This document shows, piece by piece, positions 1 through 12,956 of a stretch of DNA of 64,000 nt. Every line of letters begins with the position of its first letter. The first letter of the stretch is position 1. The stretch is from NCBI GenBank assembly GCA_040954595.2, contig CM082590.2, forward strand, positions 2,232,001 through 2,296,000, given 5' to 3'. The notes under the pieces are model-generated. The model worked only from the letters and a program-made list of their open reading frames with translations, did not search any database and was not told the origin of the DNA. Position numbers and translations under genes: made by a program. Source of the stretch: Balanoglossus misakiensis. Taxonomy: Eukaryota; Animalia; Hemichordata.

Positions 1-3000
1 TCCAGGGGTACTTATTCACTGGCCTAGCAAGGTCCAGAGGCACTTATTCACTGGCCTAGCAAGGTCCATGGGTTCTTATTCTCTGCCCTAGCAAGGTCCA
101 GGGGTACTTATTCTCTGCCCTAGCAAGGTCCAGTGGTACCAATTCTCTGCCCTAGCAAGGTCCAGGGGCACTTATTCTCAGCCCTAGCAAGGGCCAGGGG
201 TACCAATTCTCTGCCCTAGCAAGGGCCAGGGGTACCAATTCTCTGCCCTAGCTAGGTCCAGGGGTACCAATTCTGTGCCCTTGCATGGTCCAGGGGTACT
301 TATTCACTGCCCTAGCAAGGTCCAGGGGTACCAATTCTCTGCCCTAGCAAGGGCCAGGGGTACCAATTCTCTGCCCTAGCAAGGTCCAGGGGTACTTATT
401 CTCTGCCCTAGCAAGGTCCATGGGTTCTTATTCTCTGCCCTTGCATGGTCCAGGGGTACCAATTCTCTGCCCTTGCATGGTCCAGGGGTACCAATTCTCT
501 GCCCTAGCAAGGTCCAGGGGCACTTATTCTCTGCCCTAGCAAGGGCCAGGGGTACCAATTCTATGCCCTAGCAAGGGCCAGGGGTACCAATTCTCTGCCC
601 TAGCAAGGGCCAGGGGTACCAATTCTCTGCCCTAGCAAGGGCCAGGGGTACCAATTCTCTGCCCTAGCAAGGTCCAGGGGTACCAATTCTGTGCCCTTGC
701 AAGGTCCAGGGGTACCAATTCTCTGCCCTAGTAAGGGCCAGGGGTACCAATTCTCTGCCCTAGCAAGGTCCAGGGGTACTTATTCTCTGCCCTAGCAAGG
801 TCCATGGGTTCTTATTCTCTGCCCTTGCATGGTCCAGGGGTACCAATTCTCTGCCCTTGCATGGTCCAGGGGTACCAATTCTCTGCCCTAGCAAGGTCCA
901 GGGGCACTTATTCTCTGCCCTAGCAAGGGCCAGGGGTACCAATTCTCTGCCCTAGCAAGGGCCAGGGGTACCAATTCTCTGCCCTAGCAAGGGCCAGGGG
1001 TACCAATTCTCTGCCCTAGCAAGGTCCAGGGGTACCAATTCTCTGCACTTGCATGGTCCAGGGGTACTTATTCTCTGCCCTTGCATGGTCCAGGGGTACC
1101 AATTCTCTGCCCTTGCATGGTCCAGGGGTACCAATTCTCTGCCCTTGCATGGTCCAGGGGTACTTATTCTCTGCCCTAGCAAGGGCCAGGGGCACATATT
1201 CTCTGCCCTAGCAAGGGCCAGGGGTACCAATTCTCTGCCCTAGCAAGGGCCAGGGGTACCAATTCTCTGCCCTAGCAAGGGCCAGGGGTACCAATTCTCT
1301 GCCCTAGCAAGGGCCAGGGGTACCAATTCTCTGCCCTTGCATGGTCCAGGGGTACTTATTCTCTGCCCTTGCATGGTCCAGGGGTACCAATTCTCTGCCC
1401 TTGCATGGTCCAGGGGTACCAATTCTCTGCCCTTGCATGGTCCAGGGGTACTTATTTTCTGCCCTAGCATGGTCCAGGGGTTCTTATTCTCTGCCCTAGC
1501 ATGGTCCAGGGGTTCTTATTCTCTGCCCTAGCAAGGTCCAGGGGTACTTATTCTCTGCCCTAGCATGGTCCAGGGGTTCTTATTCTCTGCCCTAGCATGG
1601 TCCAGGGGTTCTTATTCTCTGCCCTAGCAAGGTCCAGGGGTACTTATTCTCTGCGCTAGCAAGGTCCAGGGGTACCAATTCTCTGCCCTAGCAAGGTCCA
1701 GGGGTACTTATTCTCTGCCTTATCAAGGTCCAGGGGTACTTATTCTCAGCCCTAGCAAGGTCCAGGGGTACCAATTCTCTGCCCTAGCAAGGGCCAGGGG
1801 TACCAATTCTCTGCCCTAGCAAGGGCCAGGGGTACCAATTCTCTGCCCTAGCAAGGTCCAGGGGTACCAATTCTCTGCACTTGCATGGTCCAGGGGTACC
1901 AATTCTCTGCCCTTGCATGGTCCAGAGGCATTTATTCTCTGCCCTAGCAAGGTCCAGGGGTACCAATTCTCTGCCCTTGCATGGTCCAGGGGTACTTATT
2001 CTCTGCCCTTGCATGGTCCAGGGGTACCAATTCTCTGCCCTTGCATGGTCCAGGGGTACCAATTCTCTGCCCTTGCATGGTCCAGGGGTACTTATTCTCT
2101 GCCCTTGCATGGTCCAGGGATACTTATTCTCTGCCCTTGCATGGTCCAGGGGTACTTATTCACTGGCCTAGCAAGGTCCTGGGGAACTTATTCTCTGCCC
2201 TTGCATGGTCCAGGGGTACCAATTCTCTGCCCTTGCATGGTCCAGGGGTACTTATTCTCTGCCCTTGCATGGTCCAGGGGTACTTATTCACTGGCCTAGC
2301 AAGGTCCAGAGGCACTTATTCACTGGCCTAGCAAGGTCCATGGGTTCTTATTCTCTGCCCTAGCAAGGTCCAGGGGTACTTATTCTCTGCCCTAGCAAGG
2401 TCCAGTGGTACCAATTCTCTGCCCTAGCAAGGTCCAGGGGCACTTATTCTCAGCCCTAGCAAGGGCCAGGGGTACCAATTCTCTGCCCTAGCAAGGGCCA
2501 GGGGTACCAATTCTCTGCCCTAGCAAGGTCCAGGGGCACCAATTCTGTGCCCTTGCATGGTCCAGGGGTACTTATTCACTGCCCTAGCAAGGTCCAGGGG
2601 TACCAATTCTCTGCCCTAGCAAGGGCCAGGGGTACCAATTCTCTGCCCTAGCAAGGTCCAGGGGTACTTATTCTCTGCCCTAGCAAGGTCCATGGGTTCT
2701 TATTCTCTGCCCTTGCATGGTCCAGGGGTACAAATTCTCTGCCCTTGCATGGTCCAGGGGTACCAATTCTCTGCCCTAGCAAGGTCCAGGGGCACTTATT
2801 CTCTGCCCTAGCAAGGGCCAGGGGTACCAATTCTATGCCCTAGTAAGGGCCAGGGGTACCAATTCTCTGCCCTAGCAAGGGCCAGGGGTACCAATTCTCT
2901 GCCCTAGCAAGGGCCAGGGGTACCAATTCTCTGCCCTAGCAAGGTCCAGGGGTACCAATTCTGTGCCCTTGCATGGTCCAGGGGTACTTATTCACTGCCC

Positions 3001-4417
3001 TAGCAAGGTCCAGGGGTACCAATTCTCTGCCCTAGCAAGGACCAGGGGTACCAATTCTCTGCCCTAGCAAGGTCCAGGGGTACTTATTCTCTGCCCTAGC
3101 AAGGTCCATGGGTTCTTATTCTCTGCCCTTGCATGGTCCAGGGGTACCAATTCTCTGCCCTTGCATGGTCCAGGGGTACCAATTCTCTCCCCTAGCAAGG
3201 TCCAGGGGCACTTATTCTCTGCCCTAGCAAGGGCCAGGGGTACCAATTCTCTGCGCTAGCAAGGGCCAGGGGTACCAATTCTCTGCCCTAGCAAGGGCCA
3301 GGGGTACCAATTCTCTGCCCTAGCAAGGTCCAGGGGTACCAATTCTCTGCACTTGCATGGTCCAGGGGTACCAATTCTCTGCCCTTGCATGGTCCAGGGG
3401 TACTTATTCTCTGCCCTTGCATGGTCCAGGGGTACCAATTCTCTGCCCTTGCATGGTCCAGGGGTACCAATTCTCTGCCCTTGCATGGTCCAGGGGTACT
3501 TATTTTCTGCCCTAGCATGGTCCAGGGGTTCTTATTCTCTGCCCTAGCATGGTCCAGGGGTTCTTATTCTCTGCCCTAGCAAGGTCCAGGGGTACTTATT
3601 CTCTGCCCTAGCAAGGTCCAGGGGTACCAATTCTCTGCCCTTGCATGGTCCAGGGGTACTTCTTCTCTGCCCTAGCATGGTCCAGGGGTTCTTATTCTCT
3701 GCCCTAGCATGGTCCAGGGGTTCTTATTCTCTGCCCTAGCAAGGTCCAGGGGTACTTATTCTCTGCCCTAGCAAGGTCCAGGGGTACCAATTCTCTGCCC
3801 TAGCAAGGGCCAGGGGTACTTATTCTCTGCCTTATCAAGGTCCAGGGGTACTTATTCTCAGCCCTAGCAAGGTCCAGGGTTACCAATTCTCTGCCCTAGC
3901 AAGGGCCAGGGTTACCAATTCTCTGCCCTAGCAAGGTCCAGGGGTACCAATTCTCTGCACTTGCATGGTCCAGGGGTACCAATTCTCTGCCCTTGCATGG
4001 TCCAGAGGCATTTATTCTCTGCCCTAGCAAGGTCCAGGGGTACCAATTCTCTGCCCTTGCATGGTCCAGGGGTACTTATTCTCTGCCCTTGCATGGTCCA
4101 GGGGTACCAATTCTCTGCCCTTGCATGGTCCAGGGGTACCAATTCTCAGTCCTTGCATGGTCCAGGGGTACTTATTCGCTGGCCTAGCAAGGGCCAGGGG
4201 TACCAATTCTCTGCCCTTGCATGGTCCAGGGGTACCAATTCTCTGCCCTTGCATGGTCCAGAGGCACTTATTCTCTGCCCTAGCAAGGTCCAGGGGTACC
4301 AATTCTCTGCCCTTGCATGGTCCAGGGGTACCAATTCTCTGCCCTTGCATGGTCCAGAGGCACTTATTCACTGGCCTAGCAAGGTCCAGGGGTACTTATT
4401 CTCTGCCCTAGCAAGGT
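1..4417. repeat. 32-bp minisatellite array (consensus ~TCCAGGGGTACCAATTCTCTGCCCTAGCAAGG), ~138 units, running off the left edge of the window
   Basis: Direct 32-bp periodicity with a few variant positions (ACCAA/ACTTA, TAGCAAG/TTGCATG, GGTC/GGGC). The variant order at 1-75 recurs at 2273, and near-identical ORFs sit at 376 and 2648, giving a 2272-bp (71-unit) higher-order period. All ORFs here are repeat artefacts. Confidence 0.97.
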
Positions 4418-5357
4418 GGTAGAGTCGTAGCACCATAGTTTCTTATTCTCATCGTACTGGCCATCTCACCTTTTATAAAAAAAAAAATCAAAATCCAACA
4501 GAAGAAACAAAAAATAAACCTATGTGAATTGTCTGAAAAAATATTTGGTTACCCATGATCATTTGCAAACTCTAATTTTTATAGCAGGAAAAAACATATT
4601 TTAGATCATTCTTGTATCAAAGAAGATTTTTTTAAAAATTAGGAGAGGTAAATATTCAAAATATGTTGATAGCAAATATTTTTTTGGTTGTTCATTGGAA
4701 AACATAAAAATTCAGGATATCTCATTTTACAAAAATATTTCTCATGGTGTTATATGCTTGTAAAATGCCATGTTATGAACGACATTTTACTTTTAGTCCG
4801 CACTTAAAGTCAGTTGTCAACAATAACACTGCTGATTATTGTATATTAACTGTGGGGACAAGCTGAATACTTGCATTATCAACATGATGTAGGAGGTAGA
4901 ACAAGGCACTGTAGGTGACACACAGCACAAAAATAGTTAAACAATTATCAAAAGTAATGTGCCGTTAAAAGTACGAGATCAACATTGAATGGTTACTGGA
5001 TATGCCATTTGAAAATCATACAATCCATTTGTCTGACTTTAATTATTCAACTAGAAACTTAGAGCGGGGATGACACTTGTGAAATCAGAAACACCTTTGC
5101 TTGGCTATTTAACCGCTTCTTTTAGAAGCAAGGATGTGGTAAAAATGGTCTTATGCACGGAATTCTTTGCTACGCGAATCAGTGCGCCAGACACTAATAC
5201 CAAATTTGAATTGCAGACTCATTACTTTTCTCGAACATTGTATACTCACCAATATGGAGCATTGTTATTGTGCTTTTTATTTACAGTACACTGGTACAAA
5301 TCAAGTTACAAGTACAAAATAGATGATGTGAAGATCTTTATAGTGATATTTTTGCAT

Positions 5358-5498
5358 TAAGGGAGGGTCATAAATTTTTGTGCTCACGTTTGGGGGGAGG
5401 GCCATATTTTTTCTGAGTCCGTAACTTGGGGAGGGTCCTTAATTTCTGGCCATTGCTTTCGTCAATCCCCCTCCTGGTAATTTACGTCCAGTCCCTTA
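5358..5498. mobile_element. Small MITE-like relic
   Basis: TAAGGGA (5358) and TCCCTTA (5498) form short inverted termini, with three internal GGGAGGG(T/C)C motifs. Family not assignable. Confidence 0.35.
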
Positions 5499-6189
5499 CT
5501 TGCCTTTGTTTTGGCAGCTGCAGGCCAAAAAGTTTTACTACCACGAATAAATCTACCCTAATCGATTATTCATAAAAGTACAACATTTTTGGAACTACCG
5601 TCGACATTGCAAAAACCCCAGGTAGTAACTTGGGGGTGAAACAAGGCAACTCTTAGTAGCTCCTGGGAACAGTTCAATTTCATGGTCATATCATTACATG
5701 TGGGGGTCCAGTCAAATGAATGGGTCTCATGAACATTCCCCAATTCATGACTCATCACCAAGGTCCTTGGAAAGAAGCACATTTTAAAACAGGCACCTGG
5801 TCTGGTCTTTAGCTTTGTCAACTTTGGACAAGCTTTAGCCTTGCATGCCTTGTAAGTCACAATGCACATTAGACATCAACATTACTTTAGAACATGGTGA
5901 ATTTTACACAGTGTATAGGTTATATTATTGACTGCTACAATATTTTTAGTGTTTATGCTGTAAAATGAACTCAGACGGCTGGCAGTTGAAACACTGCTGA
6001 ACAAACAGCTTCATGTTAATATAATCCAGACATTATCACTGAAGAGGTGTGAACGAGCGAAGGCATTCAGGAGACTCCTCTGTGCAAACACTGCCCTTGG
6101 CTACCAACTGTGAAGTGATATGATAGAATTGTACCACATCAACTAGCAAGGCCCTGTACTGTAAGATGTTAAGTGTTATTTTTTGTGTG

Positions 6190-6680
6190 TTTTATTTGGT
6201 CCCATTTGTATAGGTATATACAGTGGGACCTTATGGGATTGGTTGCGTCTGTATGTATGTATGGACATATGGACGGATAGATGGATGCATGTCCGTACAC
6301 ATCAAAAACTTGAAAAGCATTGCGCCAATACCCTCGATATTTGGTGTGTAGATGCATGCTAGGCTGTAGATGGGAGTTTGTTTAAACGAAGTTGTCATTG
6401 CCAAAAATATGCAAATTAGCTGGGAAAAACCTTAATTTGGTCAAAACTCAGAAACTCAACAAGTCCTGGTCATATTGATTTGAAAAAAATGGTATGATAG
6501 TACCTTATATTAGCCTCACACATTTCTGTATGTTTTAAGCTAATAGTGTGAATTTTCTATTTGTTATGCATTTTTTTGTCTTTTTCCACATTTCTGGTAA
6601 AAAATCTACTTTTCTGGAATTGATCAGCCGACTTCTGTGAAATTTAGTATGGAGCTTCATATAGGTGATCTGAGTTACAT
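6190..6680 (+). mobile_element. Truncated Helentron-associated (HINE/DINE-1-like) non-autonomous element
   Basis: T-rich flank, imperfect palindrome GGTCCCATTTGTATA-GGTA-TATACAGTGGGACC (6198-6230), then a (GTAT)/(GGAC/GGAT) microsatellite and an ATATGCAAATTAG core motif whose reverse complement is in the HINE repeats at 54 kb. No 3' stem-loop found and the right boundary is approximate. Confidence 0.45.
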
Positions 6681-7184
6681 GATGGATACCAACATAATAT
6701 CACATATTGCCACCTGTCAAATATGCTGAAAACAGTGTCATATTTGCTACAGAAACAGATCCTACTGTATCCTTCAACAACCCATTAGGGAACATGTATT
6801 CAAAGCATAGTAAGTTTCCACAGGGGAAAAAAATTACATGCAGTAAACGTCACAGTGCATTGTTAACAATGCATAAATTAGATAATTAAAGGGACAAAGT
6901 CTCTCTCTTTTTGCCTTCAAACTCCATTAAATACTTACTTCAAATCCATTATTATGACATATAATGACCACACATTGCTTGAAGAATACCTTGAACTACG
7001 TTTTCGCCGTTTAGGCTAAAGACTGGATTTCTGCCTGGCCGTGCGCGCGATTTCGACCGACCGCCGTGTTGACCTCCCGCGAAGTGAAAAACTACGCATA
7101 TTGCGGTTGCGTCACAATGTCAACACACACATGTGCTTCAGTCAATGACCTGGTCACGTACGTTCATGACCCTGGATCACAACA

Positions 7185-10100
7185 ATGGAATGCGAGGTAA
7201 GTACATATACGAATACTTATAGAATTCTGTAAACTAGAGAAAATTAGTAGAGAATGCTTTTTATGAATGACATTGACATTGACAATGATAAAGAAGGTAA
7301 ACTTTACAATGTCAGATGGAGATGCCTGTGATTTACCGTACATCGCGACGTTCATTTGTTTGTTTTGATTCTTGTTTTCACGTTCCGGGATTTATCTAAA
7401 TTTTCGCTGAGTATTTACGGTTTCTTTAGGCCGCTTTCTTGTTCCACGGTGCACTGATTTCTATTTCAAATATGACGTGATCACCAGTTGTAAACTCCTA
7501 ACGAAAATACACGTAAGCATAAGTACGAGTCGACGCCGGGTTGCACTGGGGTTGCACTATGGTGACATCGACAGCTGGCAGCTAGCTGTAGTTGCCGTAA
7601 TGTACATGAACTAGACCGGATGCCAATCGGCCCCTATCGAGTACTCAGTATCATCTGCTCACGCGCTAATGGACAGGGGGATTATTATTATGAATAGAGC
7701 AAGTGCATGCACTTGCAACCTGTTAACAAAGCTGATGCGACGAGCAAAAAAGAAGTATTTTTGTGATAAATTGCAACTGTCTGTAGCCTCTGGGAAGGAC
7801 CACAAAAATGGCAAGTCATCAATGAAATCCTGAACAAAAATTCAAAGGTTAATGCTCCACAAAAAATAAAAGATGACAAAAACCCTGGGAATTTTGTTAC
7901 TAAAAATATTGATATAGCTGACGCTTTTAATTCTCTTTTTGTCAACATTGGACAAAATCTAGCATCACAAATACATTGTAGCACTAATTTCAATGATTAC
8001 CTTGGTATTCGTCATTTTAATTCTTTCTTTTTCCATCCTGTGCATCCTGGTGATATACTCAGAGAAATTAATTTATTAGACCATTGTAAAGCTGCTGGTT
8101 TTGATGAAATATATCCAAAACTTGTAAAGGAAGCAGCTGATTATATTACAGAACCATTTGCTCATATTGTTAATATTTCCTTGTCACAGGGTATTTTTCC
8201 AGAGAAACTGAAAATGGCAAGAGTAACACCAATTTTTAAAAAGGGCTGTGTTCATGAAATAGGAAACTACAGACCTATCTCTGTCTTGCCAATATTTAGT
8301 AAGCTGTATGAGTCTATTGTAAATAAGCAACTGTGTTCTTTTTTCGAAAAATTTGATATTCTCACTAACAGCCAATATGGATTTCGTAAGAAATATAGTA
8401 CTAAGTTAGCTTTAGCAGATCTCACAACTGAAATATCAAAGCACATTGATAACGGTCTTGTTACCTTTGGTATCTTTATTGATTTTAAAAAGGCATTTGA
8501 TACGATTAACCACACAATTTTGTTAGCTAAGCTATGCCACTATGGGATTAGGGGATCCACACTTAATTGGTTTAAGACTTATATAGAAGACCGACAGCAG
8601 TATGTCAAGGTCAATAATTGCACTTCAAAAGCGAAAAGGATCTCCTGTGGGATTCCACAGGGATCAATTCTAGGTCCACTTCTTTTTTTAGTATATATAA
8701 ATGATATCTGCAGTTCCTCAGACTATTTTCAATTCAGGTTATTTGCTGACGATACCAATTTATTTTGTTCAGATAAGCAGGACAAAATTGATCTTGCCAC
8801 TCTGAATGTTGAGCTAACTAAAGTACAGACCTGGTGTAAGTCAAATAAACTTACTATTAATATTGACAAAACAAACTATGTTATTTTCAAAACAGCCCAG
8901 GCGAAGTTTAAGCCTGAGGGAGATTTATATGTCTCTGATTTACCATTACACAATGTTTATTCTGCTGTTTATCTTGGAGTTACTCTTGACTCATCATTAT
9001 CCTGGAAGTCTCACATCAACATTATTTTTAAGAAGGTTAGCCAAAAAATCGGTATTATTTCATATGTACGCCATTATCTCCCTAAGTCTATAATTTTATT
9101 ATTATACAATTGTCTTATCCTTCCCCATATAATGTATTGTATCGAAATATGGGGAAATGCGTATAAAACCTATTTAGATTGTATTTTCAAATTGCAAAAG
9201 AGACTTGTAAGGCTTATAACATTTTCTAGCCCCAATACACATAGCGCACCACTTTTTCAGCAACTTGGAATTCTTAATGTTTACAAACTCTGTAAATTTC
9301 AAACTTGTGTTTTTGCGTATGATCTAAAGGCAGGGCATTACGCCCACTCACTAGATCGCTATGCTTCATTTGTATCACACAAATATTTTACAAGATTTGC
9401 CTCTACTGATAAGTTTACGCTTCCCAAAGTAAAACTTACTTCATCTCAAAATAATTTATACTATTCTATTGCCAAGCATTGGAATGAAATTCCCACACAA
9501 ATAAAATCAATTCAATCAAGGAATTTATTTAAAAGCTCTCTGAAAATGTATCTGTTGAGCATAGATTAATTTAACCTCTTTTATAAACCTGTTTACTTTG
9601 TCACCGCGTTGTTTGACTACCAACTATTGTTTTGTGATATGAATTGGCAATTATATTAATTGTTTCAATGATTTGTATGTATTTAGGGCCAGGGACACGA
9701 CTAGTTCCACTAGAACTACTTCCCTGGTCCGCACCAGTTATGTAAAATGCATCTTTCTGGTGAAATAAAACTATCTATCTATCTATCTATCTAACTTGCA
9801 CCGGGGAAAAATATGCATAGAATATTTCGAATTAAAAGTTTGCGAGTCATGCTTGGTAACTGTTGCACAGCATGTTGTTGACATTTCTTTTGTATCAAAG
9901 CGTCATGAACACGAACAGAGACAGGAAATGGATAATGATCGTTCAAATAAAGCTATGTATCACTATGGATGAAACGATAGTCGAAACCCGTGTTCTAAGA
10001 AAACAAACAAAGGCTGGCCAAAAATTACGTGTCATAAGTTTAGCGGAACTTTTATAGGTGAATAAGAAAAAAAAAACTGTTAGGTCTACATTTCAATTGG

Positions 10101-12924
10101 CTTTGAACACGAAGTTATGCGATCGCAGGTATTTTATAGTGATTGTTGCATTACACATGATGTACACAAGAGGTTATTAAATTCATTGATTCTGTGATCT
10201 GAAGAAGCAGTGAGTGAAAACCAAGTGATAAAAAATAGAACCAAGCAGTGGGCTTGAATTTGAATGGCATGCATTTACAGGGGATATGCACCATGCCCCA
10301 TCCCTGTCCAGAAGAAACACAAACTTATTGATTTTCTTAGGGGAGAGATGTTACTGTTTGGGTTAGTGAGCAAATTTGATTATTTTGGTAGAGGGCAATC
10401 ATTGTACACGTCTGGATGTTACATGCATATGAATAATGGATTTATGTTCACAAATTTCACCTAATTCATGAAATTGCATGATTTGCAATATTACTGCATG
10501 TACAAAATTATTTATTACAATTTTTCAATTTAAAATCTTATTTTTTTTCCAGACAAGTGAAATAGATAACGCAGAAAGAGAATCCAGCCCAAGTACAAAT
10601 GAAAGAGGTAGAGGACAACGTGGTAGAAGTCGAGGCCGTGGTATGGGTAGAGGTCGAGGTGGTGAGACTGAGAGAGGAGGAAGTGTTGCAGATCGGGGGA
10701 GTACAAGTCGAGGCCGTGGTAGGGGTAGAGGTCGAGGTGGTGAGACTGAGAGAGGAGGAAGTGTTGCAGCTCGGGGGAGTACAAGCCGACGACGTGGAAG
10801 GGGTAGGAGGGGTGCAACATCCGTATCTGTTGGAGATGCTGTTGCCCAACTACAACAAAGGAGACAAAGAATGGAGGTAAACTTTAAAAACATACATTTA
10901 TTTCATACATATATAAATAAAACAAAACAATAAAAATGAAATGAAATTGTTAACAATCTGTCCACAGGCTGCTGTTGAACACATGAAAAACGATGAACTG
11001 CAAAGAATGGTGCTACAAATGGTTGATTGGCAGCCTGGTTTGATGTTTAATCTCATATTCCCAGTAACACTAGAACAGCAGGGATACCACCCACCCTCAG
11101 CAACTCAATCACCTGACTGGTGCATTTGCAGTCACTGTCAGCAGATGCCAACAGAAATGGAGAAAATGTGCTGCGATAAACAGCCACAAAACTGCATCTC
11201 AAGATCACCGGTAAGTCAAGTAAGCTTTTGGATTTTAACTTGTACACGAATATAATTCTACAAGGACTCACTACTAAACCACTATGAACTGAAAATTTGA
11301 ACTCTAAGTTAAATTGAACACATTCAGTTCCACTAACCTGGCTACAGTCAAACTGTACTTCCTGTAACATTTTTGCAAAGTATATCCACAATGGTTTGCA
11401 TATAGCAAAGCAAAGCTGGTTGTTTGTGTGTTTTTGTCAGAAGTTTTAGAGCCACAATATCATAACGTAGGGAGATAATCCAATGCAAACAGTTTGACCT
11501 GAAGGGTTGTGAAAAGAGTGCATGTGTTGAGGACGGAACTTTGGAAGAACAGGTCACAAACTCAAAGTATACAGAAATATGTATTTGTAACACGATACAG
11601 GAATTTATAATTTGTGCATTATGCATATATTGAGACGTCTAGTGTTAGATTCTGCATATACCAATACAGAGGTCAGATAAACATTGAAATTTAAAGAGAC
11701 ACTGGAAACACACCACTATTATTCAAAACCTGAGATTGCTTTCTGAAGTCAAGAAAACAATGATATAAAAATTCCCTTTGGAAGTTGGTGTTGACATCAA
11801 CACAACTAAATATATATATAAAAAAAATTCTGTGAAGTACTGGTGGCCAGTGCAGCTTCATTGTCACATTTGGCATGGCAGTGTAAGGAAATCGTCGAGT
11901 AGTGTGCTATAGAAAACATCTTTGTTGACAAATTTACAAAATCTTCAGAACAAAACATCAATACAAACTGATTATTCTAAAGTTAAAGGGACAAAGTCTC
12001 TCTCTCGCTGCCCTTTTTCCATTAATTATGTTTGATACAAGACACTATTTATGTTAATTTACATGTGGATATGTAGTGAATCAACGCTCAACCACACACA
12101 CCTTCCATCCCACTTGTATCATGCGAAGTAAAAACTTGCCCAGAATGAATAAATGGTAGAGACCGTTTATTTATTTTGGTGAGTTTTTCACTCTTGTGTC
12201 TACAAGCAGGAATGGGAGGTGTGTTTGGTCGAATGTTGATTCACTATATATCCACATGTAGAATAACATGAACAATGTCTTGTATCAAGCAAAATCACTG
12301 GAAAAGGGCAGTGAGAGAGAGAGACTTCGTCCCTTTAAAAATGTTACATTTTGGTAAATGACAACAGCATGCCATCTATGTCACTGTCAGTAATAAAACT
12401 TCAGTGATTACAATATGAGTTGAAAGTCTTGTAAATATTTCATTAAATTTGCTTGTGGTTTACACTTTATGTGAATGAATGTAAATGTGGAAAAAAAACT
12501 ACTGTAATCTTGAAGGAACAAATCCAGTGTTGCGGGCAAATGGGTCAGGAAATCGGTCCTGGATCTTCCAGACACAGCAACTATAGAGAGGTTTGACTGT
12601 AGGCTCTTCCTTTTTTTTTACATATTATGAACCTAACTTTTGTTATCTTTCTGTCACCAGGATTTCAATGTGCTTGTGCTCAATGAGGCTGTGTTGGCCT
12701 TGGCTAGGACCTACAGGCGAGAAATCTTTGCTACTGATGATGATGATGACAATAACACAGATAACCGACATGCTGCCTATAGGCAGTATGTCATGTGGCA
12801 GTATGGTCGTTTAGGTGCAGGAAACCGTGTGGTCATTCCCAGTTGCTGTGTCTGGGAGATCCGGGACCGATTTCCTGACCCATTCGCCCGCTACACTGGA
12901 TTTGTTCCTTCAAGATTACAATAG
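7185..12924 (+). CDS. KolX-type accessory protein (~280 aa): RG/RGG-rich N-terminus plus P2X7 C-terminal ballast-like Cys-rich Zn-binding domain
   Basis: Exons 7185-7196 (MECE|gtaagt, least certain), 10553-10876, 10968-11210 and 12661-12924, all GT-AG phase 0 with the frame open. Motifs WCICSHCQQMPTEMEKMCC, RHAAYRQYVMWQYGRLGAGNRVVIPSCCVWEIRDRFP and YTGF match the P2RX7 C-terminal/KolX family. No P2X channel domain is present. Confidence 0.85.
7718..9793 (+). mobile_element. 5'-truncated non-LTR retrotransposon (CR1/L2 group, Crack/Daphne-like) in KolX intron 1
   Basis: RT ORF, 3' UTR stem-loop CCAGGGA...TCCCTGG (9689-9727), AATAAA at 9764-9769 and a (CTAT)n tail. Candidate 7-bp TSD ACTTGCA at 7711-7717 and 9794-9800. 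No endonuclease domain or ORF1 present. Confidence 0.9.
7723..9569 (+). pseudogene. LINE ORF2 fragment: reverse transcriptase and C-terminal region
   Basis: Motifs NYRPISVLP, FIDFKKAFDTINH, GIPQGSILGPLLFLVYINDI, FADDT and YLGVTLD. The frame is open from ~7809 (WQVINEILN) to 9569. The upstream piece LTKLMRRAKKKYF (7723-) is shifted by one base near 7804-7808. No start codon because of 5' truncation. Confidence 0.88.
10627..10785 (+). repeat. 78-bp (26-codon) in-frame tandem duplication encoding RG-rich repeats in KolX exon 2
   Basis: RGRGxGRGRGGETERGGSVAxRGSTS occurs twice, with DNA copies starting at 10627 and 10705. Confidence 0.9.
11987..12334. mobile_element. Fold-back (fully palindromic) Kolobok MITE, copy 1, in KolX intron 3
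   Basis: TTAA at 11983-11986 and 12335-12338. Termini AGGGACAAAGTCTCTCTC...GAGAGAGACTTCGTCCCT. The two ~170-bp arms are imperfect inverted copies, and both resemble the autonomous element's right end (~25812-25997). Confidence 0.9.
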
Positions 12925-12956
12925 TTTTTTTTGTCTACATGTATTTACATATGGAA

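Noticed and set aside
1-4417. CRISPR array or repeat-protein gene in the 32-bp repeats
   Set aside because: Units are contiguous with no unique spacers, there are no cas genes and the context is eukaryotic. The unit length is not a multiple of 3 and ORFs appear in all frames.
10941-12924. Host P2X7 purinoceptor gene
   Set aside because: Only the cytoplasmic ballast-like domain is present, with no transmembrane or ectodomain exons, and it lies inside transposon TIRs.
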